A stretch of DNA of 64,000 bases from Octopus vulgaris (GCA_951406725.2 OX597814.1:72292001-72356000), one strand, 5' to 3'; positions 56,401-63,900 are shown, counted from the stretch's first letter. Program-made: numbers and translations. The notes: generated by a model not told the origin, from the sequence alone.

Positions 56401-59400
56401 AGTTTAATTCTTCTAGGTATTCCCTTACAACAAAGAAAAATAATTAAAAATAATATTTGATGACGATTGTTTTATTCTGTTTTTAATTGTACTAAAGATG
56501 TACCTGTGATACTTGTTAATGTCATAGCATTGTTTGAAATATTTTACTTAAATGTGAAAGACTTTCTTATTTCTTTATTCTTGTCTTTCTAGTTTCTGAA
56601 CAGTGTCTGGTGTCGCTTCTGAAAATAGTCTGTTCTATGCTACTTGAGTGTGTGCGGAACTTGTTCCCACTTCAAACCGATACTGCTGATGAAGTCCCTG
56701 ATAAAGACCAAATGACATCACTACAGAGAAAACAGAACACAAAACTCAAGGTGAAATCAAGTTTCTTTAAATCTATTCTTAGCTGCATTTTATAGGTTGT
56801 GACTATTAAATATTTTTATCATTATTACTTCGTGTTTTATCTTTTTTGATATACCTGAAGATTCAAGAAAATCTTGCTTGTATATATAATTTATATAGTT
56901 TACAATTCTACATAATGTATGATTAAATTTCTACAATTCTCTGCAGTTTCTTTCTGAATGCTAATAAAACAAAAATCAAATATAGAAGCTTATGTGGAGG
57001 ATTGAGGTTGTGAATCAAACTTTTGTTTCAGATTTCAGTGTGAGTTGCCTGGATATTCAACAGCTAAAAACAACAAATCTACACATTACTCTTTTCATTT
57101 CACTACCTGAAGTCAGCGTGTGAGATAGTATTATCTCTTTTCAAATAATAATAATAATAAAAATTTTGCCCCGATGCAGTACCAAGCAGTGGCTCTCATA
57201 GCTTTTGATCTTAACTGATTGGAAGTGTTATCATGTACATTGTTTTGTCTTGGTATAAAAGATGGGCTACAGCAAATATTCTGCTCAATACCACAGATTT
57301 GCTTGTCAGTTGTTTGACCTTAACCAGTTGAGCATGTCCCTTAGTGGCTGACGATATGTGCATCTCTGATCACAAGCAAAAGTAGTGGGGGGGAGCATCA
57401 TATCCATGTGTTGAGAGGGATTCTTTGGAGTTTGAATAATTCACCTCTGGAAACATAGGTGTTTCGTTCAACATCCTTAAACAACCATTATTCAGTGGCC
57501 TTTTGAGTGGGATGGGTTACTCGACCAGAAGAAAATTCTAACTGGGCCCCACCTGCAAGGTCATGTGCTGTTTATCTTGATATGAGATCATCATGTCGTG
57601 CACATATGGTTGTGATACATGTGCCTAGTGTACCCTTATCAGACAGTTGTAGTCATGATGGGTATACAGGGCTTTGTATATTTTACCCTAGTGTCACTTT
57701 GATGGCATGCACTGCTCTCTCACTCAATAATAATAATAATAATAATAATAATTATAATAACGGTTTCAAATTTTGCCACAAATTTTGTCAGGAAATTCAG
57801 GGGTGGGTGTAAGTCAATTGCATCGACCCCAGTGCTCAATTGATACTTATTTTATCAACCTTGAAAGGATGACAGGCAAAGTCAACCTTGGTGGATTTTG
57901 AACCCAGAATGTACAGACTGACATAATATTGCTAAGCATTTTTCCCGGCATACTAACAATTCTGCCAGCTCACCACCTTCAGCAGCAGTAGTAGTTGTAG
58001 TAGTAGATGGTGGTGGCAGTGGCAGCAGCAGTCCAACCATTGAAGTTTTTCTTTCCATTTTAGCTCCTAATGACCAGTGTTCTTCTACTACAAGAAATTA
58101 TTCAGAACTTGAAAGATTCTAATTCATGGATATCTGTATTACACAATCATTTGTTGATCCCAACCTTGTTAGCAACAGTTGAAGTGTGGATTAAAGTAAG
58201 TAATCTCTCTTTAACTTATCCATTAGTAAACTTTCATTTATCTGCTAGAACAGTTTTTCTGAATTCAAACTATGGATTCCTTCAAATTACAAATTAAAGT
58301 TTAGACTTTTTAAAGAGGAAATAGGATGTAATACAGATTGGGTATAAAATAACAACGTCTGAAATAAAATAAACTACTTTGCTCTCCTGACCTCATCAAG
58401 TGTAATAATAGTCCATGTTTGTCCTATTGTTTCATTTGATTAACTATTACAATATCTGATGATAATAGTAATGATTTAAAATTTTAGCATAGGGCCAACA
58501 ATTTGGGGAGGGGGGATAAGTTGATTACAAGTACTTATTTCATTGACCTCCCCACAAAAGGATGAAAGGCAAAGTCAACCTCGGCAGAATTTGAACTCAG
58601 ATATCTGACAATAATAATAATAATCTTCTCTACTAAAGGCACAAGGCCTAAAATTTGGTGGGGGGGGGGGTAAGTCGATTGCATCAACCCCAGTGCTTGA
58701 CTGGTACTTATTTCATTGACCCCAAAAGATGAAAGGCAAAGTCAACCTCATCAGAATTTGAACATAAAGATGGATGAAATATTGCTAGGTATTTCACCCA
58801 GCATGCTACCAATTCTGCTAGCTTGCTGCCTGGGATTAATATAAAATTTTGGCACAAGGCCAGCAAGTTTGGAGTAGGGACAAGTTGCTTACATCAACCC
58901 CAGTACTCAGCTGGTACTTATTTTATCAATTCCAAAAGGGTGAAAGGCAAAGTCAATCTTGACTGAATTTGAAATAAGAGCATGAAGATGAATGAAATGC
59001 TGCTAAGCATTTTGCCTAGTGTGCTAAAGATTCTGCCAACTCGCCGCCTCAATAATAATAATAATGATAATCATCATCATCATCATCATTTAACGTCCGC
59101 TTTCCATGCTAGCATGGGTTGGACGGTTCAACTGGGGTCTGGGGAGCCCGAAGGCTGCACCAGGCCAGTCAGATCTGGCAGTGTTTCTACAGCTGGATGC
59201 CCTTCCTAACGCCAACCACTCCGAGAGTGTAGTGGGTAATTTTATGTGCCACCGACACAGGTGCCAGACGAGGCTGGCGAACGGCCACGCTCGGATGGTG
59301 TTTTTATGTGCCACCGACACAGGTGCCAGACGAGACTGGCGAACGGCCACGCTCGGATGGTGTTTTTATGTGCCACCGACACAGGTGCCAGACGAGGCTG

Positions 59401-59738
59401 GCGAACGGCCACGCTCGGATGGTGTTTTTATGTGCCACCGACACAGGTGCCAGACGAGGCTGGCGAACGGCCACGCTCGGATGGTGTTTTTTATGTGCCA
59501 CCGACACAGGAGCCAGATGAGGCTGGCGATCGGCCACGATCGGATGGTGATTGTTACGTGCCCACAGCATGGAGGCCAAACGGTGCGGTACTGGCTACGG
59601 CCACGTTCGGATGGTTTTCTTGTGTGCCACCGGCACTGGTACCACAAAGATACAAATTCCATTGATGTTCATCTATTTTGATTTTGTTTGATTTTTGATT
59701 TTTTTATTTTCACTTGCCTCAACAGGTCTTCACAAGTC

Positions 59739-59773
<35 letters not shown>

Positions 59774-62700
59774 TGATAATAATGATAATGATGATGTGAG
59801 TTAATGTAAGAGAACCTGTATAATTATTTCTTTTACTGAAAAAGTTCTCTATTTTGATCTGCTTTCCTCTGGTCTTTGAGTGTATTTTATAAAAATATCT
59901 ATCTTCTCCTTTAAAGTCCAAACAAGGATTGCTGTTCGTCGATGCTTCTTTGACTCTTCTCTTAACAATTTCCAAAACTGAACAGGTAAACTAACAGAAA
60001 CCATTTCTTATCAATCAATATCATATAACAAACAGTTTTTAATATTTACTTTATATAAAATTGATTGTCAATGATTGAATTTGTAATTAACTTTACTGTG
60101 TATAAGGTCATTTTAACATGTTATTAATACTATTTCTATAAATAATGATAACCGAAATTAATACGTATTTCATTATAAAAATAATCAGAAATGCAAATAT
60201 ACAATCAATTAAAAAGACACTTACTTGATTTCGTAATCTCTTTGTATTTGTTATAGGGTGCTAATATCCTTATGTCTGCAGGGTTTGCAAACCATCTGTG
60301 TTTATCTATCAGTTCTCTATACAATACAGATGATCTTTCCCAGAAATTTTTAACATCTGGCCGAGTAAGTAAGAAATAATAACTTGTCATTGTTAACTTC
60401 ATTGTATAATTAATCAATGCCAACTTCTTCTCTATATTTTTCTCATATATTAGAAACAGATTTTGTTTTAATTGAATTCTTCAAAAGTAAGTAAGACATT
60501 ATTTTGTGTTTAAAGATACAAAATACTTTTACTCATCACCTCTTGGACACATGATAAACAATTCTGCCCAATACTTATATGAATGTAGTAAACTTCACAC
60601 TGCACATACTGACCACTGACTATAGCTCAGTTTAACTTCATCATCAGCATTATCATTCAACACCCACTTTTCCATGCTTGCATGGGTCAATTGGAATTTG
60701 TTGAGGTAGATTGTCTAAGACCAGATACCTATCTTGTTACCAATCCCCATCTGTTTCTGAGCAAAGTAATATTTCCATTAGCTAGATAGATGTATCTTTC
60801 ATTGAAGATTGGAAACAAACAACCTCAGTTTTATGATGATGATGCCCATTTTCAACCATCACACGATGTCTATACAAAGATACATGCAAACATACATAAA
60901 TATATTTACATGCACACACATACACATAAATATACTTGCATACATACATACACAAGGGCTTCTTTCAGTTTCTGTTTACTAAAACCACTTACAAGACTTT
61001 GGTAGGCCAGGGCTTTAGTAGAAGACACTTGCCCAATGTGCTGTGTAGTTGAACTGAATGAAGACCAATGGTTAGGAAGCAAGCTTCTTACTCACACAGC
61101 CATACCTGCACAGATTGTGTATGTGCTTTTAGATTCAATCCCTCCTATGTAAATAAACAAGGTTAGTGCTTATGTACATAGTTTGATCTGTTAAATATTT
61201 ATAGACTTTAAATCAACTTTACCCACTTACTGATTGTTGCTCAGTCAATATATAACAGATCAGGTGGCAACAATAGTTGAACTAATAATGCAAATTAAGA
61301 TTATTTTCCTGGTTCCAAACTTGGTAGAATGGCTTACTTTACAAAAGTTTAAAGGTCAGCATGAGAAAGATGCCTAACTAATAACAGAGAGGACAATATC
61401 TTATTATCATCTGAGCCACAGCTTTGCCTGATGTGGGTAGAAACATTGTAGTTTATAATCAAAGCAATCAATAGGTAGATAAAACTTTCACTCTACTTCA
61501 AATGTGGTAGGCACACAAAAGTAAAATGTAGAAGCACTCATGAAATGACTTACTAAAAAGTGGTAATTCCTGTTACTCAGGATACCTAAGTTAAATGTTT
61601 TTCTCAGTTAAACTAAAATATGCTTACATATTCCAAACTTAATTGAACTGACCAGTGACCGTGTCTGTTATAAATCATCTCTAATTGAAAACACAATTGT
61701 TCCTCCACAGGAAAGGAATATATCTGATGATCAAAACTGGGACAATATACTCTGCCACTGCATTGGCTTATATGCTTCCATGCTGATGACTCTTAAGTAT
61801 TCATTTTTGAAAGAGGCTCTTGATTTTATTGGAGTTCACCAAGACAGACTTCTTCAGGTATTTCCATTTTTCCTTTTCTAATTTTAGATAATGACCTACT
61901 TAAAGAATTTAGCTACTCTAACCAGGTAATCTAATTTTTATCTGATTATTTTGATAATTAAGTTGTTATTGTTGTGTTTAGGTAATAGAAATGTGATGAA
62001 CAGCAGTATTTGTAGGGATGATTGTATCGGACATGTAATTTCACTCGACTTCTGTTTGTCAAAGAAGTAGTAATTGTTACACAGACAAACAGATAGCTAG
62101 TGAACTATTCAGTTTTAGGCAGACAAAACTAGATTATCATACAACACACTCTGACACCATCTATAACTCATCCACAACATCTCCTCATTCTAGTATTACG
62201 TTTACATCTTAAATAAATGTCAAATTAAAAGTATTCACAACATTCATTATATTTCAGTCTTTAGAGTTTGCTCGTATCAACCTAACAGAACCTGCCTTAA
62301 AGGAAGCTATGGCTACATGTGGTTTCATATACCAAATGTCATTTTACTCAAGAGAGTGGAAGTTTCATTTACCAAAAGTACTCAGTAAACTTATGGTAAA
62401 TATTATTATACCTTTCAGAATATTTGGCATTTTTTTTTTTTAAATAACTGTATCTTGAAATTTCCATGTATTTTACAATCTAGTTATCTTATGTTTTCTT
62501 TTTATGCTGTGAATGCAGCTACAAGTTTCAAAGATTATGTTTCTAACTTAAAATGTTCATATACTATTAGAACAAATTTAATTGTAACCATAACTGTTTA
62601 TCATATATTCTGAAAAACATGGTAACTTTTCTGATATTTTCTTGTGTTAAGAAATGTACAAGCCATTAGGTCGCAAAAATTTACTGACATTTACCTTTTT

Positions 62701-63856
62701 AAAAACCTTTTTAAAATTGTTATTTCAACAACAAAGTTGATCATTTTGCTATCTTTAAGATCTACATGTGTTCTGTTACTTCTACACAGGTTTCTCTCTA
62801 CTGTTATCATAACTGATATTTTTCAGACCAGTTTTGTGTATATGTGTCAAGCATTTGTATCACTTCTAGTTCGACCACGATACTTGCAGTATTTACTTGA
62901 GGTCAGCTATTTTCTTTATTTTGCCTACCTTCCTTTTATGGTTTTAGATTTTGAAATATTCAGCATAGAAATAGCAAATAGGTTCAAAAATATAGTGGCT
63001 GTGATAAGGACAATAGATAATACGTGGAAAAAGGGAACTAAAAGTATATCTAACCAGTTAAATGATCTGCTGCAGTTATAAGGAGTTTAGTTAATAGTTA
63101 AACTGTGCAAAATACTGATTAATATGTATATTTACCAGATTAGCATGAGTTTGTATGGAAAGAAGTACAATCAATTGAATTGCCCAAGCTCAGGACATAA
63201 GAGTACAACTCTAAATTCCATAAAAGAGTTTATCTAGAACTCTGTTGTTTCTGTTTAGAAGTTAGAAAACTGAGATTTTTTTTACACGACTTCTAATCTA
63301 AAAATCAGCTATATTTAGATTTATTTGCATTTGAAAACTTTCAGAAGGGCTCAGAGAATCATTTTACAGAGATTTGCAAGTTATGAAATGAATATAATCT
63401 GCTGTGAGTGAATCAGAAAATAGACTGACTACACATTGAAATGGTGGGGAAAATAGCTTAACATATAATATAAATATCAAAGACAATGGTCAGTATAGTG
63501 CTGCACTAAATGTTTTATATTATCTAACCACCTAGTATATTTCTTTGCTTTCATTTGTCCAAGAATTTATAAAATAACTACCAGTAAGATATTGAAATTC
63601 ATTCACTTAGCTGTACTGAAAGTTGCTTTTTGCTAGAATTAAAATAATTCATTACTAACAATATTGGACAGGTGCTAGATGCAGTAGTAATTTTTGTTTT
63701 ATTTACTTTCACTTTCAAGCATGCTGGCTCTGCAAGGGAAGATCTTAATGGAAAACACCAACTTTTTAATATAGCTTCCAAACCTGCCTTTTTAGCACAT
63801 TCCACACATGATGAATTAGAGCAACCAACAGCTCAATGTCTAAAAATACAAAAAAT
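352..63856 (+). CDS. NUP188: Nucleoporin NUP188 homolog, 30 internal coding exons (partial at both ends)
   Basis: The manually spliced GT-AG exons give one open frame of about 1,097 codons. It is colinear with recalled human NUP188 segments: [16 protein letters not shown]~RWEYSYSSWTLFTCEI; [17 protein letters not shown]~RLKPPSNVVSPLEQALS; [12 protein letters not shown] identical; [15 protein letters not shown]~FLPEALDFVGVHQER; REWKFHLP~KEWHFHLP. Confidence 0.95.
1520..1679. repeat. 75-bp-arm inverted repeat with a 10-nt loop
   Basis: 1520-1594 is the reverse complement of 1605-1679 except for one G-T pair. Confidence 0.95.
1707..2323. repeat. About 145-bp direct repeat (1707-1853 and 2178-2323) in an unclassified CpG-rich insertion
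   Basis: tggcggcc(a/g)attttcgcgg...gcctcatttcttgatt occurs twice with few differences. Confidence 0.85.
2731..3045 (+). mobile_element. RTE-type LINE 3' tail (5'-truncated) ending in (GAT)n
   Basis: Minisatellite units gtgc..ggcac.taaaaagcacc, then cactacactc..gagtggttggcgttaggaagggcatccagc and ggacgttaaac(gat)n. The same tail follows RT-coding sequence at about 11-12 kb. Confidence 0.8.
3842..3892 (+). CDS. NUP188: NUP188 exon w2 ([17 protein letters not shown])
   Basis: Long pyrimidine tract, ctacag|...|gtaatt; 51 nt; resembles human LRIPQGTVG. Confidence 0.88.
5960..6770 (+). mobile_element. Degraded RTE 3' end (about 5960-6445) followed by a degraded family-A SINE (about 6455-6770)
   Basis: Diverged copies of the motifs aggaagggcatccagc and ggttcactcccactgca...aactgaaagaaaccc, plus (TG)n. 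Confidence 0.6.
6902..7006 (+). CDS. NUP188: NUP188 exon w3 ([35 protein letters not shown])
   Basis: ttttcag|...|gtatgt; 105 nt; conserved W-x-x-x-Y-x-x-W-T-L-x-x-C-E motif. Confidence 0.92.
8757..8889 (+). CDS. NUP188: NUP188 exon w4 ([22 protein letters not shown]...CYQIIHR)
   Basis: tttttcag|...|gtaaga; 133 nt; open in the expected phase. Confidence 0.9.
10690..10880 (-). mobile_element. Degraded family-A SINE, antisense
   Basis: ggtttctttcagtttctacctaccaaatc...cccaaagtgcca is the reverse complement of the SINE body. Confidence 0.6.
11020..12210 (+). mobile_element. 5'-truncated RTE-clade LINE: RT C-terminus with a PHD-like Cys/His insert, plus 3' UTR minisatellite and (GAT)n tail
   Basis: Translates as [26 protein letters not shown], then [27 protein letters not shown] and [24 protein letters not shown]; frameshifted. 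Confidence 0.85.
13572..13969 (+). mobile_element. Non-autonomous Helentron/Helitron2 (HINE-like) element
   Basis: Asymmetric subterminal inverted repeats acctctgccaag (13575) and cttggtggagat (13933), a 3' hairpin gcgctc-tct-gagtgc, and a ttttctag end. Confidence 0.75.
13990..14670 (+). pseudogene. Highly degraded RTE-like LINE ORF fragments
   Basis: Endonuclease-like [12 protein letters not shown] and RT-like [11 protein letters not shown]...PFNLAFIG and [10 protein letters not shown] remnants, with many stops. Confidence 0.5.
16250..16760 (-). pseudogene. Possible ancient LINE APE-endonuclease remnant
   Basis: Antisense translation YLCETE...GYS...RK...IGFILR resembles the LCET..GY..R..GVG motif order; weak match. 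Confidence 0.3.
17003..17403 (-). mobile_element. RTE 3' tail, antisense
   Basis: (cat)n-cgtttaacgtcc start; close reverse complement of 33978-34371. Confidence 0.88.
17423..17815. mobile_element. Truncated copy of an (AAT)n-flanked repeat (longer copy at 57165-57725)
   Basis: agttgagcatgtcccttagtggctgacgata...ggcatgca(c/t)tgctctctcactc(aat)n is shared between the two loci. Confidence 0.8.
17838..19475 (-). mobile_element. Penelope-like element (RT C-terminus + GIY-YIG endonuclease) with inverted terminal repeats
   Basis: GIY-YIG segment [33 protein letters not shown] and PLE RT thumb segment [31 protein letters not shown]. About 200-bp repeats at 17838-18040 and 19285-19475 are reverse complements. 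Confidence 0.88.
19945..20800 (-). mobile_element. Cluster of three tRNA-derived SINEs (family B), antisense, separated by (AAT)n
   Basis: Repeated gaaaggatgaaaggcaaagtc..c..tttgaac and gattctgccagctc motifs at about 19945-20100, 20390-20595 and 20620-20800. Confidence 0.75.
22250..22830 (-). pseudogene. Internally deleted RTE-like LINE remnant
   Basis: Antisense translation puts an endonuclease-like [13 protein letters not shown] close to an RTE C-terminal-like [25 protein letters not shown]. Confidence 0.55.
23239..23536. mobile_element. hAT-like MITE
   Basis: Imperfect TIR cagtggcagactgg / ccagttcactacag; imperfect 8-bp flanks tatgtaca / tatgtatg. Confidence 0.5.
23696..24642. repeat. 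Fold-back structure: about 170-bp inverted arms (23696-23863, 24472-24642) enclosing about 150-bp tandem subrepeats
   Basis: tggttaatgtttacatcttgacc...gaggacttcggaaaattcacaagatc versus gatcttgtgaattttccgaagtcctc...ggtcaagatgtaaacattaacca. Subrepeats start near 23812, 23971 and 24121. Confidence 0.85.
25244..25331 (+). CDS. NUP188: NUP188 exon w5 ([29 protein letters not shown])
   Basis: tttgctag|...|gtatat; 88 nt; resembles human SPPVDVIASCVNCLTVLAARNPAK. Confidence 0.92.
25446..25629. mobile_element. piggyBac-like MITE
   Basis: TTAA|ccctttcgttac ... gtaatgaaaggg|TTAA (CCC/GGG termini, TTAA target duplication). Confidence 0.75.
26199..26275 (+). CDS. NUP188: NUP188 exon w6 ([25 protein letters not shown])
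   Basis: tttgaag|...|gtaagt; 77 nt; resembles human VWTDLRHTGFLPF. Confidence 0.9.
27967..28349 (-). mobile_element. Non-autonomous Helitron
   Basis: The minus strand begins a|TC and ends with a GC-rich hairpin cctgagcaacgccggg followed by CTAG|t. The insertion sits between A and T and retains its CpGs. Confidence 0.75.
28825..29345 (+). mobile_element. Family-A-headed SINE(s) with an RTE-like tail
   Basis: ggttcagtcccactgtgtggcatc...gccttgtgagtggatttg...gggcatccaacc...(gat)n; partial tandem heads. Confidence 0.65.
30125..30515 (+). mobile_element. Family-A-headed SINE with an RTE-like tail, degraded
   Basis: Same layout as 28825-29345. Confidence 0.6.
30720..31430 (+). mobile_element. R4/Dong-type non-LTR retrotransposon 3' fragment (CCHC + restriction-like endonuclease) ending in (AAT)n
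   Basis: Translates as [23 protein letters not shown] and [23 protein letters not shown]...[13 protein letters not shown] (RLE PD..D motif), followed by an (AAT)n tract. Confidence 0.8.
31440..31658 (-). mobile_element. Family-B SINE, antisense
   Basis: aaaggatgaaaggcaaagtcaacctcggcg...gattctgccagctcaccacct; ataaagactaaaataat is duplicated on both sides. Confidence 0.8.
31660..32115 (+). mobile_element. Second R4/Dong-type 3' end
   Basis: Translates as [20 protein letters not shown]...[10 protein letters not shown]; the 3' UTR gaggtctctggatgagacttggag resembles about 19850-19900. Confidence 0.6.
32204..32385. repeat. Perfect 90-bp tandem duplication
   Basis: cccttaatttattgacacc...(aat)n...tcaacaaaggtga occurs twice with period 90. 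Confidence 0.95.
32549..33499 (+). mobile_element. Penelope-like element 3' fragment (GIY-YIG) with inverted pLTRs and a 12-bp target duplication
   Basis: Translates as [27 protein letters not shown]...KSGIADHV...[10 protein letters not shown]. Arms 32549-32767 and 33291-33470 are inverted; gaagtaactttt occurs at 32537-32548 and 33500-33511. Confidence 0.88.
33116..33276. repeat. 32-bp minisatellite, 5 copies
   Basis: Unit gatataagtagcatatgggaaccggtattaag; aagtagc occurs at 33121, 33153, 33185, 33217 and 33249. Confidence 0.95.
33897..34371 (+). mobile_element. RTE 3' tail, sense
   Basis: Minisatellite units, the conserved tail, and (GAT)n. Confidence 0.88.
34764..34883. repeat. Long interrupted (TA)n microsatellite
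   Basis: Directly visible; others at about 1680, 3080, 4590, 35270, 41415 and 63930. Confidence 0.95.
37423..37705. mobile_element. Solo-LTR-like element (283 bp)
   Basis: Starts TGTGG and ends CCACA, flanked by a 5-bp direct repeat ACAAC (37418-37422, 37706-37710); richer in GC and CpG than its flanks. Confidence 0.65.
37886..38000 (+). CDS. NUP188: NUP188 exon w7 ([38 protein letters not shown])
   Basis: tttacag|...|gtaaat; 115 nt; resembles human AEGMNAGGYGNLL...QGEYGVTIAFL. Confidence 0.93.
38844..38964 (+). CDS. NUP188: NUP188 exon w8 ([10 protein letters not shown]...[20 protein letters not shown])
   Basis: tttttccag|...|gtaatt; 121 nt; contains the KWRY motif. Confidence 0.93.
39438..39513 (+). 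CDS. NUP188: NUP188 exon w9 ([25 protein letters not shown])
   Basis: atcttag|...|gtaaga; 76 nt. Confidence 0.9.
39700..39819 (+). CDS. NUP188: NUP188 exon w10 ([27 protein letters not shown]...)
   Basis: ttttcag|...|gtaagc; 120 nt; conserved PSLQ and YTEAGQ. Confidence 0.94.
39958..40201 (+). CDS. NUP188: NUP188 exon w11 ([29 protein letters not shown]...LLKRLAV)
   Basis: ttttcag|...|gtcagt; 244 nt; core of ORF 39923-40234. Confidence 0.95.
41034..41123 (+). CDS. NUP188: NUP188 exon w12 ([30 protein letters not shown])
   Basis: aacag|...|gttggt; 90 nt; resembles human VAPMSVYACLGNDAAAIR. Confidence 0.93.
41504..41623 (+). CDS. NUP188: NUP188 exon w13 ([29 protein letters not shown]...)
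   Basis: ttttag|...|gtaagt; 120 nt; [12 protein letters not shown] signature. Confidence 0.95.
42054..42119 (+). CDS. NUP188: NUP188 exon w14 ([22 protein letters not shown])
   Basis: tttcag|...|gtattg; 66 nt; resembles human EFSLGMWSCLHAVLELI. Confidence 0.9.
43628..43731 (+). CDS. NUP188: NUP188 exon w15 ([34 protein letters not shown])
   Basis: aacag|...|gtaagt; 104 nt; conserved CPP and FLHALW. Confidence 0.94.
43790..45205 (+). pseudogene. RTE/BovB-like LINE reverse transcriptase pseudogene
   Basis: RT motifs [49 protein letters not shown] and [11 protein letters not shown]...GRPIFRYKD; stops and frameshifts. Confidence 0.9.
46405..46615 (+). mobile_element. Family-B SINE, sense, well preserved, with a 20-bp TSD
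   Basis: agctggcagaaacgttagc...gagttcaaatt...gtcgactttgcctttcatcc; atatatatattataccacag at 46385-46404 and 46616-46635. Confidence 0.88.
46824..47313. mobile_element. piggyBac-like MITE composite with about 95-bp inverted arms
   Basis: TTAA|ccctttagcatttaaaccggccatatcc ... ggatatggccggtttaaatactaaaggg|TTAA, plus an extra internal TTAACCCTTTAG terminus at 47091. Confidence 0.8.
47997..48069 (+). CDS. NUP188: NUP188 exon w16 ([25 protein letters not shown])
   Basis: tgacag|...|gtaagt; 73 nt; resembles human KFWENLTSPL. Confidence 0.88.
50251..50333 (+). CDS. NUP188: NUP188 exon w17 ([27 protein letters not shown])
   Basis: tgtttacag|...|gtaatc; 83 nt; phase consistent. Confidence 0.85.
50380..50900 (-). 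pseudogene. CR1/Jockey-group LINE 3' remnant
   Basis: Antisense [27 protein letters not shown]...LDCIQRK resembles the LY...RP.LEY...W....L..IQ motif downstream of the RT. Confidence 0.65.
51417..51492 (+). CDS. NUP188: NUP188 exon w18 ([26 protein letters not shown])
   Basis: ttcaacag|...|gtatgt; 76 nt; resembles human LDQSLK...RFAYWS. Confidence 0.88.
52348..52488 (+). CDS. NUP188: NUP188 exon w19 ([14 protein letters not shown]...[16 protein letters not shown])
   Basis: aatag|...|gtatgt; 141 nt; open frame. Confidence 0.85.
52688..52762 (+). CDS. NUP188: NUP188 exon w20 ([25 protein letters not shown])
   Basis: Poly-T tract, tttttag|...|gtaagt; 75 nt. Confidence 0.87.
53258..53872 (+). 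mobile_element. RTE 3' tail with a long diverged minisatellite array
   Basis: About 8 diverged tgccagtg..tgactggcacc..tggcac.taaaaagcac units followed by the conserved tail. Confidence 0.8.
54394..54479 (+). CDS. NUP188: NUP188 exon w21 ([28 protein letters not shown])
   Basis: ctccag|...|gtaaat; 86 nt; needed to bridge the phase between w20 and w22. Confidence 0.8.
54892..56127 (+). mobile_element. Near full-length mariner transposon with a pseudogenised transposase
   Basis: TA|tcaggccattaagaa ... ttcttaatgacctga|TA termini; motifs W(V)PHEL, MCDEKW, LLQDN and YSPDFAPSDYHVF; frameshifts and stops. Confidence 0.9.
56228..56382 (+). CDS. NUP188: NUP188 exon w22 ([17 protein letters not shown]...QNHQQAN)
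   Basis: cttcag|...|gtaagt; 155 nt; core of ORF 56187-56447. Confidence 0.87.
56593..56750 (+). CDS. NUP188: NUP188 exon w23 ([20 protein letters not shown]...KQNTKLK)
   Basis: ctttctag|...|gtgaaa (weaker donor); 158 nt; phase consistent. Confidence 0.82.
57165..57725. mobile_element. About 560-bp non-coding repeat flanked by (AAT)n on both sides
   Basis: Matches 17423-17815; bounded by aataataat tracts at about 57145 and 57726. Confidence 0.8.
57760..59050 (-). mobile_element. Four antisense family-B SINEs surrounding exon w24
   Basis: Copies at about 57760-57980, 58475-58600, 58625-58830 and 58845-59050 share aaggatgaaaggcaaagtcaacc. Confidence 0.8.
58064..58195 (+). CDS. NUP188: NUP188 exon w24 ([44 protein letters not shown])
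   Basis: ttttag|...|gtaagt; 132 nt; resembles human SWLQV...ILPTLLTTLEV. Confidence 0.92.
59069..59737 (-). mobile_element. RTE 3' tail, antisense, with a homogenised 62-bp tandem array
   Basis: (cat)n start; atgtgccaccgacac at 59244, 59306, 59368, 59430 and 59493. Confidence 0.9.
59917..59985 (+). CDS. NUP188: NUP188 exon w25 ([23 protein letters not shown])
   Basis: ctttaaag|...|gtaaac; 69 nt; resembles human KQNLHFTEATLHLLLTLARTQQ. Confidence 0.9.
60257..60364 (+). CDS. NUP188: NUP188 exon w26 ([22 protein letters not shown]...TSGR)
   Basis: ttatag|...|gtaagt; 108 nt; resembles human GATAVAGAGITQSICLPLLSVY. Confidence 0.9.
60900..61110 (-). mobile_element. Family-A SINE, antisense
   Basis: gggcttctttcagtttc...agtagaagacacttgccc...cacacagccat is the reverse complement of the SINE head. 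Confidence 0.7.
61711..61857 (+). CDS. NUP188: NUP188 exon w27 ([14 protein letters not shown]...[18 protein letters not shown])
   Basis: ccacag|...|gtattt; 147 nt; EALDF-x-GVHQ signature. Confidence 0.95.
62258..62395 (+). CDS. NUP188: NUP188 exon w28 (SLEFARINL...[15 protein letters not shown])
   Basis: tttcag|...|gtaaat; 138 nt; conserved EW-x-FHLP. Confidence 0.94.
62827..62901 (+). CDS. NUP188: NUP188 exon w29 ([25 protein letters not shown])
   Basis: tttttcag|...|gtcagc; 75 nt; resembles human YLCQACTSLL. Confidence 0.92.
63720..63856 (+). CDS. NUP188: NUP188 exon w30 ([14 protein letters not shown]...TAQCLKIQK)
   Basis: ctttcaag|...|gtaagt; 137 nt; the gene continues beyond the window. 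Confidence 0.83.
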
Positions 63857-63900
63857 GTAAGTTTATTTACTTCTTATTTTTACTGATGAGATTTTTAAAA

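Noticed and set aside
59235-59640. CRISPR-like regular repeats and overlapping ORFs in several frames
   Set aside because: The units are contiguous with no unique spacers, there are no cas genes, and the context is a eukaryotic intron. The ORFs come from a stop-poor minisatellite.
61990-62070. C-box-like GTGATGA (also near 20956) suggesting an intronic C/D snoRNA
   Set aside because: No convincing terminal D box with a closing stem, and I could not identify an rRNA guide.
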